Shown piece after piece: positions 40,309-50,029 of a DNA stretch of 64,000 nt (the first letter of the stretch is position 1; each line of letters begins with the position of its first letter). Made by a program: the position numbers and the translations under genes. Source of the stretch: Candidatus Binataceae bacterium (GTDB lineage Bacteria > Desulfobacterota > Binatia > Binatales > Binataceae); assembly GCA_030041155.1 (NCBI GenBank), contig JASHOJ010000078.1, positions 751 through 64,750 on the forward strand, written 5' to 3'. The notes beneath the pieces are model-generated. The model did no database searches. It worked only from the letters and a program-made list of their open reading frames with translations, and had not been told where the DNA came from.

Positions 40309-41655
40309 TCAATGCGCTGGATCAACAACCGATGGCATTTTCTCGGGCGATATATTCTCAAGCTCCTGGCCGGCCGTTTCCGGAAATCCGAAGTACATCA
40401 CAAACGGCGCCATCGCCCAGAACACGGTCAACATGCTGACCGAGGTCCAGTGCGAATGGAAGTACGAGTACAGCACGCCCTCAAGCAGCAATCCGATTGC
40501 GCCGCCAGTTGTTCCCGCAACCGAGAGCGCGCTGCCGGCGGTCGATCGATGCGAAGTCGGAAACAGCTCCGCGCTATACGCGGTCACGATGGTGCTCGAC
40601 GCAGTATCGAAAAACAGTTCGATAACCCACGCGGCGATTACGAACGTGCCCGAGGTGTTATAGATCCAGACGGTAAGAAGCGGCGCAAGCAGATAGCACG
40701 CTGATCCCATTGTGCGCCGCCCGATCCTGTCGCTCAACCGACCCGCGATGATGTTGCCCAAAATGCCGATGCCGCCGCCGATAAGATAGAGCAGCGACAC
40801 GTTGCTGGGCGAATAGTGATGAACTTCCTGGAGGTATTTCGGGAAGAACATTCCCGCCGCGTTGCCGCCCATGCTGCCCAGGAAAGAAACCGACATGAGC
40901 AGCGCGAGCCGCCCCGGATACGCCTTGAACAGCGCGACAACCGGCCGCAGCGGATTTGAGCTGTGCTCCTCATCGTCGTGCGTGGTGTCTTCGAAACGGT
41001 GGCTTTCGGGCAGCGCACGGCGCAGCGGTATTATCAACACCAGCGGAATCAGCGCGAGCGCATATAAGCCGCGCCATCCGTAGGGCATGACGTTAATCAG
41101 CGCGAACACCCCTGCCGCCGCTCCGTAGCCGCAGGCGGTCAGCGCGCCCAGCAGGCCGACCGTCCATCCGCGAACGTCCGCGTCGACTTCCTCGACCAGG
41201 ATAACGAGCGCCACAGTCGCCTCGGCCCCGGCGAACGCGCGCGCGAGAATCTGAAAGATCACGAAGCTGCGCTCGCTGGGCGCCAGCGCGCTTATGCCGG
41301 TGAAAATTGTGTAACCGAAAATGGTATAGAGCAGCAGCCGACGGCGTCCGAAGACATCAGCCAGGGGCGTCAGCAGAAAGGTCAGGATGTAGCCAAACCG
41401 GATGAACGAGAGCATCGCGCCCAGCCGGTCCTCGGCAATATCAAGCCCCTTCTGAATCTGTTTGAGCGCAAGACTGAGCAGCGCACGGTCGTAGTTGTCG
41501 AAGAATCCGGCGGTGCACGCGATCAGAAACACCCGCCATTGGCGGCGAGTAAAGGGCGGGGTTCGACCGAAAAAACCCAGCGAGATCCGCTCGCGAGCCT
41601 CTGAAGCCCCGTCCGACTCGGTGGATACTACGACGCTCTGTTGTGAGTCGGCCAT
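40309..41655 (-). CDS. MFS transporter
   Basis: FFDNYD, LADVFGRRRLL, GRLSDRIGRR, AELFPT..RST, PETAG.ELE. Confidence 0.92.
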   Translation of the reverse strand: MADSQQSVVVSTESDGASEARERISLGFFGRTPPFTRRQWRVFLIACTAGFFDNYDRALLSLALKQIQKGLDIAEDRLGAMLSFIRFGYILTFLLTPLADVFGRRRLLLYTIFGYTIFTGISALAPSERSFVIFQILARAFAGAEATVALVILVEEVDADVRGWTVGLLGALTACGYGAAAGVFALINVMPYGWRGLYALALIPLVLIIPLRRALPESHRFEDTTHDDEEHSSNPLRPVVALFKAYPGRLALLMSVSFLGSMGGNAAGMFFPKYLQEVHHYSPSNVSLLYLIGGGIGILGNIIAGRLSDRIGRRTMGSACYLLAPLLTVWIYNTSGTFVIAAWVIELFFDTASSTIVTAYSAELFPTSHRSTAGSALSVAGTTGGAIGLLLEGVLYSYFHSHWTSVSMLTVFWAMAPFVMYFGFPETAGQELENISPEKMPSVVDPAH

Positions 41656-41673
41656 GATTACGCTTCGCGTCCG

Positions 41674-42870
41674 TCAAGCTATCATCATAGTCAGAGACTC
41701 GAGGCCGCGAAGAAAATACGAGCCTTTATACTTTAAGGGACCGCCCGGGAGCTTGATATGAAGCGCCGGAAAACGGCGCAGCGTCTCGCCTATCGCGATT
41801 GCGCCTTCGAGTCGAGCAAGCGGCGCGCCGATACAGAAATGTATTCCTTCGCCGAACGCCACGTGGTCACGCGGCTCGCGCGTGATATCGAACTTCTCGG
41901 GCTCCGAAAATTGCGCCGGATCGCGATTCGCCGCCGCCAACACAACGAAGCACAGGGTTCCCGCGGGAATACTCGTACCTCCGATACTCACAGCCTCCGT
42001 GCTGATTCGCGTGGTCGACTGGACTGGACCGTCGAACCGCAGGATTTCCTCGATCGCGCGCGGCATCAGTGCGGGATCGCGGCGCAGCAGATTCATCTGC
42101 TCGGGGTTTCGCGACAGAGCGAGCATTCCATTGCCAATCAGATTAGTGGTGGTCTCGTTACCCGCCAGGAGCAGAAGAACGACGAATGCGAGCAGCTCTT
42201 CCGCGGTCAGCGCTTCGCTATCTTGATGAGCGGCGACAAGAGCGCTCACCAAATCGGAACCGGGACGGGCTCGCCGCTTCTCAATTTCGATTGAGAAGTA
42301 GGCGCGCAGTTCATCGCCCGCAGCTTTGACCTCGGGCGGTATCGGCTGTCCTGGGAGTGCGTTCCCGCCGCCGATAACGACGTCCGACCAGTGTTTGAAC
42401 CGCGCATATTCCGCAGGGGGCACACCGAGCATCTCCGCTATCACCATGACCGGCAGAGCGTTCGCCAAATCGCTCATGACTTCGAGCTCGCCCTTGCGCG
42501 CGGCACTATCCAGAAGTTCAGTCGCGATTGCGCGAATCCTGGGTTCGAGATCGCGAATCCGGCGCGGCGTGAAATCGCGCGCGACCAACCGTCTGAGTCG
42601 CGTGTGGACCGGGGGATCCGAATCGAGCATCGTCGGCGCTCCCCGAAACACCCCTTCATTGCGAACTTCGGGTGTGATCGGATCAACGCTGGAAAAGCGC
42701 TGCTGATCTTTCAGAACCGCGCATACGTCCGCATACCGGGCAATCAGGGCGGCAGATCCGAAGAGTTCGATAATCTTCGGGGGACCATTCAGAATAGGGC
42801 CATAATGTGGATACGGGTTTGCTCGGAATTCAGGATCCCAGGGATTGAAGTAGATCTGCGATTCGCTCAT
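41674..42870 (-). CDS. Cytochrome P450
   Basis: AGNETTT, EEILR, FGEGIHFCIGA heme motif; RBS GGAGG before ATG 42870. Confidence 0.96.
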   Translation of the reverse strand: MSESQIYFNPWDPEFRANPYPHYGPILNGPPKIIELFGSAALIARYADVCAVLKDQQRFSSVDPITPEVRNEGVFRGAPTMLDSDPPVHTRLRRLVARDFTPRRIRDLEPRIRAIATELLDSAARKGELEVMSDLANALPVMVIAEMLGVPPAEYARFKHWSDVVIGGGNALPGQPIPPEVKAAGDELRAYFSIEIEKRRARPGSDLVSALVAAHQDSEALTAEELLAFVVLLLLAGNETTTNLIGNGMLALSRNPEQMNLLRRDPALMPRAIEEILRFDGPVQSTTRISTEAVSIGGTSIPAGTLCFVVLAAANRDPAQFSEPEKFDITREPRDHVAFGEGIHFCIGAPLARLEGAIAIGETLRRFPALHIKLPGGPLKYKGSYFLRGLESLTMMIA

Positions 42871-43322
42871 TTCGACCCCTCCAGGAAAAATCTGTTCGCC
42901 CGCTTTTGCCCGCTTTTTCTGTTGCGCAGCGCTCATTCGCTGCGAGCAACGGAGATGCCAGTATCAAACCATCGCAAACTCGCTGAATAATCAGTTGCTG
43001 CATACTCCTGCATGCAGTCCTTCAACTGCACTGATCGGTAGCGTGAGGTCAAACAGGCGGAACGCGAGAAGACACTTAAGCGGAATTATCATTTACTAAT
43101 GCAGCTCGGCACTCGTATTCTGATCTTAACAATCGGGCGCGAAGTCTCGGTGTGCCGCCAGCGTCGCCGGCGAGAGTAGCTATTACACCACCACTAGGCT
43201 TTGGCCAGTTCCTAATAGATATAAACGAGTGTTAATTCTCCTAATACAGCTTTTATATGCTATATTTTCTGCCTCCGTGGCTTCTTTCCTGCCGCTGAAC
43301 CTCTGATGAAGGAGAAACCCTT

Positions 43323-44879
43323 GTGGATCGTAGCCGGATAGCCGTCATCGGCGGCGGGCTGGGTGGGATTCTGACCGCTTATTTCATTGAAGCGCGAACC
43401 AAAGTTGCCTGTGATATTACTGTTTTCGAGGCGACCCATCGCCTCGGCGGGAAAATAGTTACCCGGCAGTTCGATTTCGCGCCCGTCAGCTACGAAGCGG
43501 GAGTCGCCGAGCTTTATGACTACTCCCAGTTGGGTCCCGACCCATTGCGGCAACTAATTGCGGATCTCGGTCTTTCGACTCTGCCTATCGAGGGTCAAAC
43601 AGTTGTTCAGGACGGCCGAATCCTGAGATCACCAGCCGACCTTGGCCGCGAATTCGGAGACTTGGCCGAGGGAGCGCTTGCGCGATTCGATGCGAGGGCT
43701 AAAGCCGCGATCAGCCCTTCGGTGTACTACGAATCCGATTGGACATCCGGCACCCATAGTTCCCTAGCCTACCGCACGTTCCGCGACCTGCTGGAAAGCA
43801 TCGACAACCAGGCGGCGCGCCGATATCTCGACATAATGATCCATAGCGATCTGGCCACGGAGCCGCATCTGACCAGCGCGATCTACGGTTTGCAGAACTA
43901 TCTGATGAACGATCCCAACTACATGCGTCTTTATACGATCGAAGGAGGTATTGAGCAGTTGCCTTTGGAACTTGCCAGGCGTATCCGGGCGCAAGTTCGT
44001 TTGGAACATTGTGTAACCCGGATAGAAAAGACCAGCGAAGGTAACTATCGGACCTTGGCACGAAATAACGGAAGGCTCATTCAGGATGAGTTCGACTACA
44101 TAGTCGTGGCTTTGCCGAACAATTGGCTAACGTCGATCTCCTGGGGAGATGACAAGCTTAGCAGCGCGATACATGAACATCATGTGTACTACGACTATCC
44201 CGCTCACTATCTACGGGTGAGTATCTTATTCAGCGAACCTTTCTGGCGTGAACAGCTCGCCGGGTCCTATTTCATGCTCGACGCGTTCGGCGGTTGCTGT
44301 GTCTATGATGAAAGCTATCGAAATCACGCTTCGAAATACGGCGCGCTTGGATGGCTGCTAGCCGGCGATGCGGCGATGTCGATGGGGAACCTCGACGACC
44401 AAGCACTAATAAAAGCAGTGCTGGATTCACTTCCAGCATCGCTGGCGCATGGTCGGGCGCGCTATCTGGAGGGCCGCGTTCACCGCTGGGTGGGCGCGGT
44501 AAACGGAATGCCGGGCGGACGCCCGCCGCGCGATCCGGATTCACGTCATCAGCCTGAGCCCGAGGAGCATCAGGATGTGCTGCTGGTCGGTGATTATCTG
44601 TTCGATTCGACCATTAATGGCGTGCTGGACTCCGCCGATCTCGTCTCGGATTGGATAGTTGAGTGCGTGCAGGAAGACGCCGAGCAACTAACGCTCTCAG
44701 ATCAGTCGCAGCTTACGGTGAATGGACGCGCAAACGGTCTCGCCTATGAGGCGAACGGTAATGGCGCTAACAGAAACAGCGGTTGCACCAGTGAGAACGG
44801 CTTTGACCGGCACGACGAACGTGACCCGGCGGCCTTCTCTGAGGCACGCGATCTTTCCAAGCGGCTTCCATCAGGATGA
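43323..44879 (+). CDS. FAD-dependent oxidoreductase (flavin amine oxidase family)
   Basis: IAVIGGGLGG, FEATHRLGGK, YTIEGG, LVGDY...STINGVLDSA; RBS AAGGAG; polar C-terminal tail. Confidence 0.85.
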   Translation: MDRSRIAVIGGGLGGILTAYFIEARTKVACDITVFEATHRLGGKIVTRQFDFAPVSYEAGVAELYDYSQLGPDPLRQLIADLGLSTLPIEGQTVVQDGRILRSPADLGREFGDLAEGALARFDARAKAAISPSVYYESDWTSGTHSSLAYRTFRDLLESIDNQAARRYLDIMIHSDLATEPHLTSAIYGLQNYLMNDPNYMRLYTIEGGIEQLPLELARRIRAQVRLEHCVTRIEKTSEGNYRTLARNNGRLIQDEFDYIVVALPNNWLTSISWGDDKLSSAIHEHHVYYDYPAHYLRVSILFSEPFWREQLAGSYFMLDAFGGCCVYDESYRNHASKYGALGWLLAGDAAMSMGNLDDQALIKAVLDSLPASLAHGRARYLEGRVHRWVGAVNGMPGGRPPRDPDSRHQPEPEEHQDVLLVGDYLFDSTINGVLDSADLVSDWIVECVQEDAEQLTLSDQSQLTVNGRANGLAYEANGNGANRNSGCTSENGFDRHDERDPAAFSEARDLSKRLPSG

Positions 44880-44882
44880 CTC

Positions 44883-45758
44883 ATGAACGAGCCGACCGTC
44901 ATGGTTGCTGATCGCGCGGCCGTGGAGAGAGGCGGCCCAGCGCTCGACGTGTGTCAGGTCCGGTTTGTTGCGGATGCTCCTCCGAACGCGATCGTGCTGC
45001 GGCGCTACCTTCAACCGCGTCTGTGCTTCGCGGTTGAAACCGCGCTCGACTCGCAAAATCTTCCGGCGCAGAGCCAGGAGCCTGAGCCGACAGACAATCT
45101 GACGGTTATCCTGATTCCCGCGTCCGAGGCAAAGGGATCGGCTAAGGAACTAGCCGAGAGATGGATGACACGTCCGCCGCGCGCCGAGGCGGTTGCCACC
45201 GTTGAGGTGAACCACAGGTCAAATCGAATACAATGGCGTCCCGGCCGCGCGCTCGTCCAGGGACCACCGGAGGGGTTCCCGTCGGCGCTGGCAGCTCTGG
45301 CGGATTTCGCGTTCTACGAAGGCGAGCTGCGTCAGCTGGAAGATGATCTCGCCAGCCGCGAGGTACAGGCTCAGGCAGACGCGCTCCGGGCGCATCGGAT
45401 TCGGCTTCGCGATCGAAAGCATTGGAGTCGATTTGGAGAGTCAATCGAGCAGTTCTATCGTATGAGGCTCAACTACGCGCGGCTGCAACCGCATCTTGCC
45501 AGCGCGTCGCGCGCGCTTGGGCCGGATGCGCGTTCGATAATGAAGCGCTTGCTGCGCGAGGCTGATATGGACACCAGGCTGGAAGCGCTCTCCAACCGGC
45601 TCGAGGTTTGCGAAGATCTGTACGAGGGCGCTAACGACAGAGTTTCCGATTTTAGATGGTACGTCGCGAGTCAGTGGCTGGAGGTTACCATTATCGTGTT
45701 GCTGCTGATCGAAATCGCGATACTGGCCACTGAGTTCTATTCTCGACACGCGCATTAG
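44883..45758 (+). CDS. Hypothetical protein with helical core and one C-terminal TM (RMD1/DUF155-like tail)
   Basis: ..RLEVCEDLYE...WLEVTIIVLLLIEIAIL; 3 nt after the oxidase stop. Confidence 0.65.
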   Translation: MNEPTVMVADRAAVERGGPALDVCQVRFVADAPPNAIVLRRYLQPRLCFAVETALDSQNLPAQSQEPEPTDNLTVILIPASEAKGSAKELAERWMTRPPRAEAVATVEVNHRSNRIQWRPGRALVQGPPEGFPSALAALADFAFYEGELRQLEDDLASREVQAQADALRAHRIRLRDRKHWSRFGESIEQFYRMRLNYARLQPHLASASRALGPDARSIMKRLLREADMDTRLEALSNRLEVCEDLYEGANDRVSDFRWYVASQWLEVTIIVLLLIEIAILATEFYSRHAH

Positions 45759-45808
45759 CTGTTTCTCTCCACTCCGCACGCGGTCCGATACGCGGGAGGT
45801 CAGCGGTT

Positions 45809-46708
45809 GTGCCACGCGGCAGGCTTAAGATTTCGGCGATCGATCTCGTCGCTGCCTGCGCGCTGATGCTTTTTGTCCAGGTAACCAAAGCGGCGGCAAC
45901 CGGCCAACTCCCGCTTATTTCCGAAGATCCGAGCAGCCCCTGCGCCCAAACCCTCAACACGGACGTGGCCTACTCGCTCGACCTTGTCGGTCCCGGGCGC
46001 GATCAGCTTGGACGGCAACAATTCAGAAGCCACGTCGATATGTCCGCGCCTATCGTGCAGCTCAACTACGGCATCACGGGCCGTGTGCAAGCCCGGGTTG
46101 AGAGCGAGAACGCGGTTACCACCGTGGCTCCGGACAACGGCGGGCTTGCGACTGGAATCGGCGATACGACAGTTGGACTCAAGTACCGCTTCATGGATCA
46201 GAGCGGCGGGTACGAGTTCAGCGATGCCTGCGATCCTCATCAGAGCGACGCGGGCTTTGGTCTGGTCGGGCCGGTCTCACTCTCGATTTTTCCGCAGTTT
46301 ACGTTCCCTTCAGGCTCCGAAAGGCAAGGACTGGGCGCGGGTGAGTATGAAGTGGAGTTCCCGCTTGATGTCGCCTGGGAGATCGGAAATTGGTACCTGG
46401 TCGGAGAAGGCGATTTTATCTGGAACTATCACGACCGAACGTCGCCAAACGAATTCGATTTTGGTATCGCGGCGTACTACTCAATAACCGACAACCTGGA
46501 CCTTCTCGGCGAGCAGCGGGTGGATATTGAGACTGCGGACCGCGGACCAACCGTCTGGCTGATGAATCTGGGCGCTTCGTATCAATGGACCGATCGCCTC
46601 GGCATCTTCGGCTCGGTAGGAACCAGCGTTGGCGCAACATCGACCGTTGCGGCTTCATATGTGATGACGATCGTTGGGGTTGTGATCACCGAACCAGTCC
46701 CGTGGTAG
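45809..46708 (+). CDS. Putative outer-membrane beta-barrel (phenol_MetA_deg-like) protein
   Basis: Signal peptide; GIGDTTVGLKYRF; amphipathic aromatic-rich strands; terminal Trp. Confidence 0.7.
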   Translation: MPRGRLKISAIDLVAACALMLFVQVTKAAATGQLPLISEDPSSPCAQTLNTDVAYSLDLVGPGRDQLGRQQFRSHVDMSAPIVQLNYGITGRVQARVESENAVTTVAPDNGGLATGIGDTTVGLKYRFMDQSGGYEFSDACDPHQSDAGFGLVGPVSLSIFPQFTFPSGSERQGLGAGEYEVEFPLDVAWEIGNWYLVGEGDFIWNYHDRTSPNEFDFGIAAYYSITDNLDLLGEQRVDIETADRGPTVWLMNLGASYQWTDRLGIFGSVGTSVGATSTVAASYVMTIVGVVITEPVPW

Positions 46709-46780
46709 CGCTCCCATTCGGCTCGCGCGAGGCATGCGTTCGGGTTGACGCGCGGATGAATCGCGGCCTTTAATGCGCTC

Positions 46781-48190
46781 ATGACCGGAATCGTTTCATA
46801 TGGCTCATACATTCCTTACCGGCGTCTGAAGCGTGCCGCGATCTCTCAGGTGCTCGGCGTCGCAGCCTCCAAGGGCGAGCGCTCGGTCGCAAGCTTTGAT
46901 GAGGACTCGGCATCGATGGCGGTTGAGGCGGTGCGATCGGCGCTGAAGGCTGCGCCCGCCGCCACCTTCGGCACCCTCCTGTTCGCGACGACAACCCCGC
47001 CCTATGGCGAGAAGCTCAATGCGGCTATCGTCGCCGCGGCGACGCGGATGCCGCGAAATCTGCGCGCGCTGGATCTGACCGGCTCGGTGCGCGCCGGAAT
47101 CTCCGCCATCCTGCAGGGCGTCGACGCGGCAGCGAACTCGAATTTGTGCGCCGTCGTCGCGATAAGTGATGCCCGCCTCGGCGCGCCTGAGGGCAAAGCC
47201 GAGCAGCAGAACGGCGATGGCGCCGTCGCTTTCGTGCTCGGGACCGAAGGGGTAATTGCCGAGATCGAGGCTTCCGCTTCTCTGACGCGCGAATTCATGG
47301 ATACCTGGCGCGCCCCAGGCGAGCGATTCGCACATTCGTGGGAAGAACGCTTCACGATAACCCAGGCGTATTCGCCCTTGCTCGGCAAGGCTATCCAGGA
47401 CGTTCTTGCCAAAGCCAAGCTGACGCCGGGCGACCTCGCCAGAGTCGTAATTGATTCGCCCAACCCCCGTGCGGTTGACGAGATAGCCCGTTCGATGAAG
47501 CTGGACCCTGCGAAGCTCGCTGACAATTTCGCCGTGACTATCGGTCAGACCGGCGCAGCCCACGCCGGTCTGATGCTTGCGGGCGTAATGCCTACGCTAA
47601 AGCCGGGCGATCGCGTGCTGGTTGCCGCAGTGGCCGACGGAGCTGACGCGATGGTGCTGCGCGCAACACCGGCGATTGCCAGCTTCAAGCCGGCGAAATC
47701 CGTCGGCAGACAGATTGAATCCAAGGGCGACGTCAGCTACGGCAACTATCTGAAATGGCGGGAGATTCTTCCGACCGAACCGCCTCGCCGCCCCGATCCG
47801 GATCGTCCCGCCGGACCGCCGATGCTCCGCTCGCAATCGTGGAAATTCGGGTTCGTAGGTTCCAAATGTACCGCCTGCGGCACTCCGCAGCTTCCGCCAC
47901 AGCGGGTATGCGTCCATTGTCGCGCGTTCGACAATATGGAGCCGTACGAGTTCGCCGACCGCTCAGCAAAAATAGCCACTTACGCAATCGATCGCCTCGC
48001 ATACTCGCTTAATCCCCCCACGATCAATGTTGTGATAGACTTTGAGGGCGGTGGCCGCTTTCTGTCCGAGATGACCGACTGCGAACCGGAAAAGGTCGCA
48101 ATCGGCGATGAGGTTGAAATGACCTTTCGCCGCCTCTTTACTGCCGACGGCGTTCATAATTATTTCTGGAAAGCACGGCCCAAGCGCTAG
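46781..48190 (+). CDS. HMG-CoA synthase/KAS III-like domain fused to DUF35 (Zn-ribbon + OB-fold)
   Basis: MTGIVSYGSYIPYRRL, FDEDSASMAVEA, GDGAVAF; C-terminal CTAC..CVHC and IGDEVEMTFRR...YFWKARP. Confidence 0.9.
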   Translation: MTGIVSYGSYIPYRRLKRAAISQVLGVAASKGERSVASFDEDSASMAVEAVRSALKAAPAATFGTLLFATTTPPYGEKLNAAIVAAATRMPRNLRALDLTGSVRAGISAILQGVDAAANSNLCAVVAISDARLGAPEGKAEQQNGDGAVAFVLGTEGVIAEIEASASLTREFMDTWRAPGERFAHSWEERFTITQAYSPLLGKAIQDVLAKAKLTPGDLARVVIDSPNPRAVDEIARSMKLDPAKLADNFAVTIGQTGAAHAGLMLAGVMPTLKPGDRVLVAAVADGADAMVLRATPAIASFKPAKSVGRQIESKGDVSYGNYLKWREILPTEPPRRPDPDRPAGPPMLRSQSWKFGFVGSKCTACGTPQLPPQRVCVHCRAFDNMEPYEFADRSAKIATYAIDRLAYSLNPPTINVVIDFEGGGRFLSEMTDCEPEKVAIGDEVEMTFRRLFTADGVHNYFWKARPKR

Positions 48191-48208
48191 ACCCTCAGGA
48201 GGGACTTC

Positions 48209-49393
48209 ATGGCAAGCAGAGGAATAAAGGATCGCGTCGCGATTATCGGCATGGGATGCACCAAGTTCGGAGAGCATTGGGACAAAGGTCCCGAAGATCT
48301 CCTCTGCGAAGCCGCTTATGAGGCGTATGCCTCCGCAGGCGTGCAACCCGACGACATCGATGCGTATTGGCTCGGGACGATGGGCTCTGGCGTGTCGGGG
48401 CTGCTTCTCTCGGAACCGCTCAAGATCCAGTACAAGCCCGTCACCCGAGTCGAGAATATGTGCGCGACTGGTTCCGAGGCGATGCGCCAGGCGTGTTATG
48501 CGGTCGCTTCCGGCGCCTTCGACATCGTGATGGCGATCGGGGTCGAGAAGCTTAAAGATTCCGGATACTCGGGTCTGGTCGGCAACGCGCCGCCCAACGA
48601 CGGCACCGAAGGCAACATGACCGCGCCGGCATCTTTCTCGCTGCTCGCGCCCGCGTACTTCAAGAAGTACGGACTCGATCCCGACAAGGGAAAGGATGTT
48701 CTCTCGCGCATCGCGTGGAAAAATCACCGCAACGGCGCACGTAATCCGAAGGCTCAATTCCAGAAAGAGGTCCCGATCGAGACCATCAAGAATTCGCCTA
48801 AAATAGCCGATCCGCTCGGAATAATGGATTGCTCCGGCGTCTCAGATGGCTCGGCGGCAGCAATAATCGTTCGAGCCGAAGACGCGCACAAATACTGCAA
48901 GAAACCCATTTACATCAAGGCGCTGTCGTTCGTCGCCGGACCGGCCGAGGGTCCGCTTTCGTCCGACTATGATTTCACCACCTTCCGCGAAGTGGTTGCG
49001 TCGGCCAAGGACGCGTACTCGCAAGCCGGGATCACGGACGCGCGAGCACAGGTCAGCATGGCCGAGGTTCACGACTGCTTTACTCCGACCGAGTTGGTGC
49101 TCTACGAGGATCTGGGGTTCAGCAAGCGCGGTACCGCGTGGCAAGACGTACTCGACGGTTATTTCGATCTCGAAGGCAAGCTGCCGGTCAATCCTGACGG
49201 CGGGTTAAAGTCGTTCGGGCATCCGATCGGAGCGTCGGGCCTGCGGATGATGTACGAGATGTGGTTGCAGTTCCGTGGCGAAGCAGGACCGCGCCAGATA
49301 AAGGATCCAAAGATCGGGCTGACTCACAATCTCGGCGGAGCGCCAGGCAGATGCGTCAGCTTTGTGTCAGTGGTCGGCAAGAATCTCGGCTGA
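48209..49393 (+). CDS. Thiolase (SCP-x / acetyl-CoA acetyltransferase type)
   Basis: VENMCATGS, VSDGSAA, EVHDCF, GHPIGASG, THNLGG. Confidence 0.93.
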   Translation: MASRGIKDRVAIIGMGCTKFGEHWDKGPEDLLCEAAYEAYASAGVQPDDIDAYWLGTMGSGVSGLLLSEPLKIQYKPVTRVENMCATGSEAMRQACYAVASGAFDIVMAIGVEKLKDSGYSGLVGNAPPNDGTEGNMTAPASFSLLAPAYFKKYGLDPDKGKDVLSRIAWKNHRNGARNPKAQFQKEVPIETIKNSPKIADPLGIMDCSGVSDGSAAAIIVRAEDAHKYCKKPIYIKALSFVAGPAEGPLSSDYDFTTFREVVASAKDAYSQAGITDARAQVSMAEVHDCFTPTELVLYEDLGFSKRGTAWQDVLDGYFDLEGKLPVNPDGGLKSFGHPIGASGLRMMYEMWLQFRGEAGPRQIKDPKIGLTHNLGGAPGRCVSFVSVVGKNLG

Positions 49394-49419
49394 CCGCTTT
49401 TCAACCGTTTGTGAGCTAC

Positions 49420-49451
49420 AGGGCGATCCTACTCGGATCGCCCTTTTTTTT
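49420..49451 (+). terminator. Rho-independent terminator
   Basis: AGGGCGATCC-TACTC-GGATCGCCCT followed by a T run. Confidence 0.88.
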
Positions 49452-49732
49452 GGTTCGCCACATGTAGCTTCTACCAGACAGTCCCCGCGTCGAGCATAAT
49501 CGCGACCGGCACTCATCCCAGTTCGATCCTGATTGCGATCGGTTCGCTTCCGAAGCAGTTTGCAGAATCGCGATGAATCGGTTGGACGGGTTCTCCTGGA
49601 CCGCGACCTCTCCCTAGAATCTTCTGGCCGAGATTCGCGGCTGAAATTGAACTTGTCGCGCGTCTTGACATCCGGCGCAGCGTTCGCGATCCAGCCGGCG
49701 CGGCGGCGAGAGTTGATACGCCAACGTGCCGC

Positions 49733-50029
49733 TTAAGGATTAGCGCCGCCGCGCTGAACGAAGATGCTGCCTTTGGGGCCTGTCCGCACGCAATTAACGT
49801 CGGTGCGAACGAACTCCGGTGTACAGATCGGCTCATCAATAGCCGGACACTTGTACAGATTTGCTTCGAGCTGCTGGCACTTATCAAGCCTCAAGTTCAC
49901 CGCCACGGGTGAGGAGGTTGGCTGGTCCGCGCCCTGTGACCAGCACCCTCCGAGCGCAAACATCCCGATCGATGCGAATACGGCTGCTCCAAGCAGTAGG
50001 CGCCGCTTGAGATCATTCGCGATTACCAT
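49733..50029 (-). CDS. Small Cys-rich lipoprotein
   Basis: RBS GAGGGG; signal ending LGGC; four further Cys in about 70 mature residues. Confidence 0.68.
   Translation of the reverse strand: MVIANDLKRRLLLGAAVFASIGMFALGGCWSQGADQPTSSPVAVNLRLDKCQQLEANLYKCPAIDEPICTPEFVRTDVNCVRTGPKGSIFVQRGGANP

Noticed and set aside
46781-48190. Functional HMG-CoA synthase / mevalonate pathway
   Set aside because: Catalytic Cys position is Val and no mevalonate genes are nearby.
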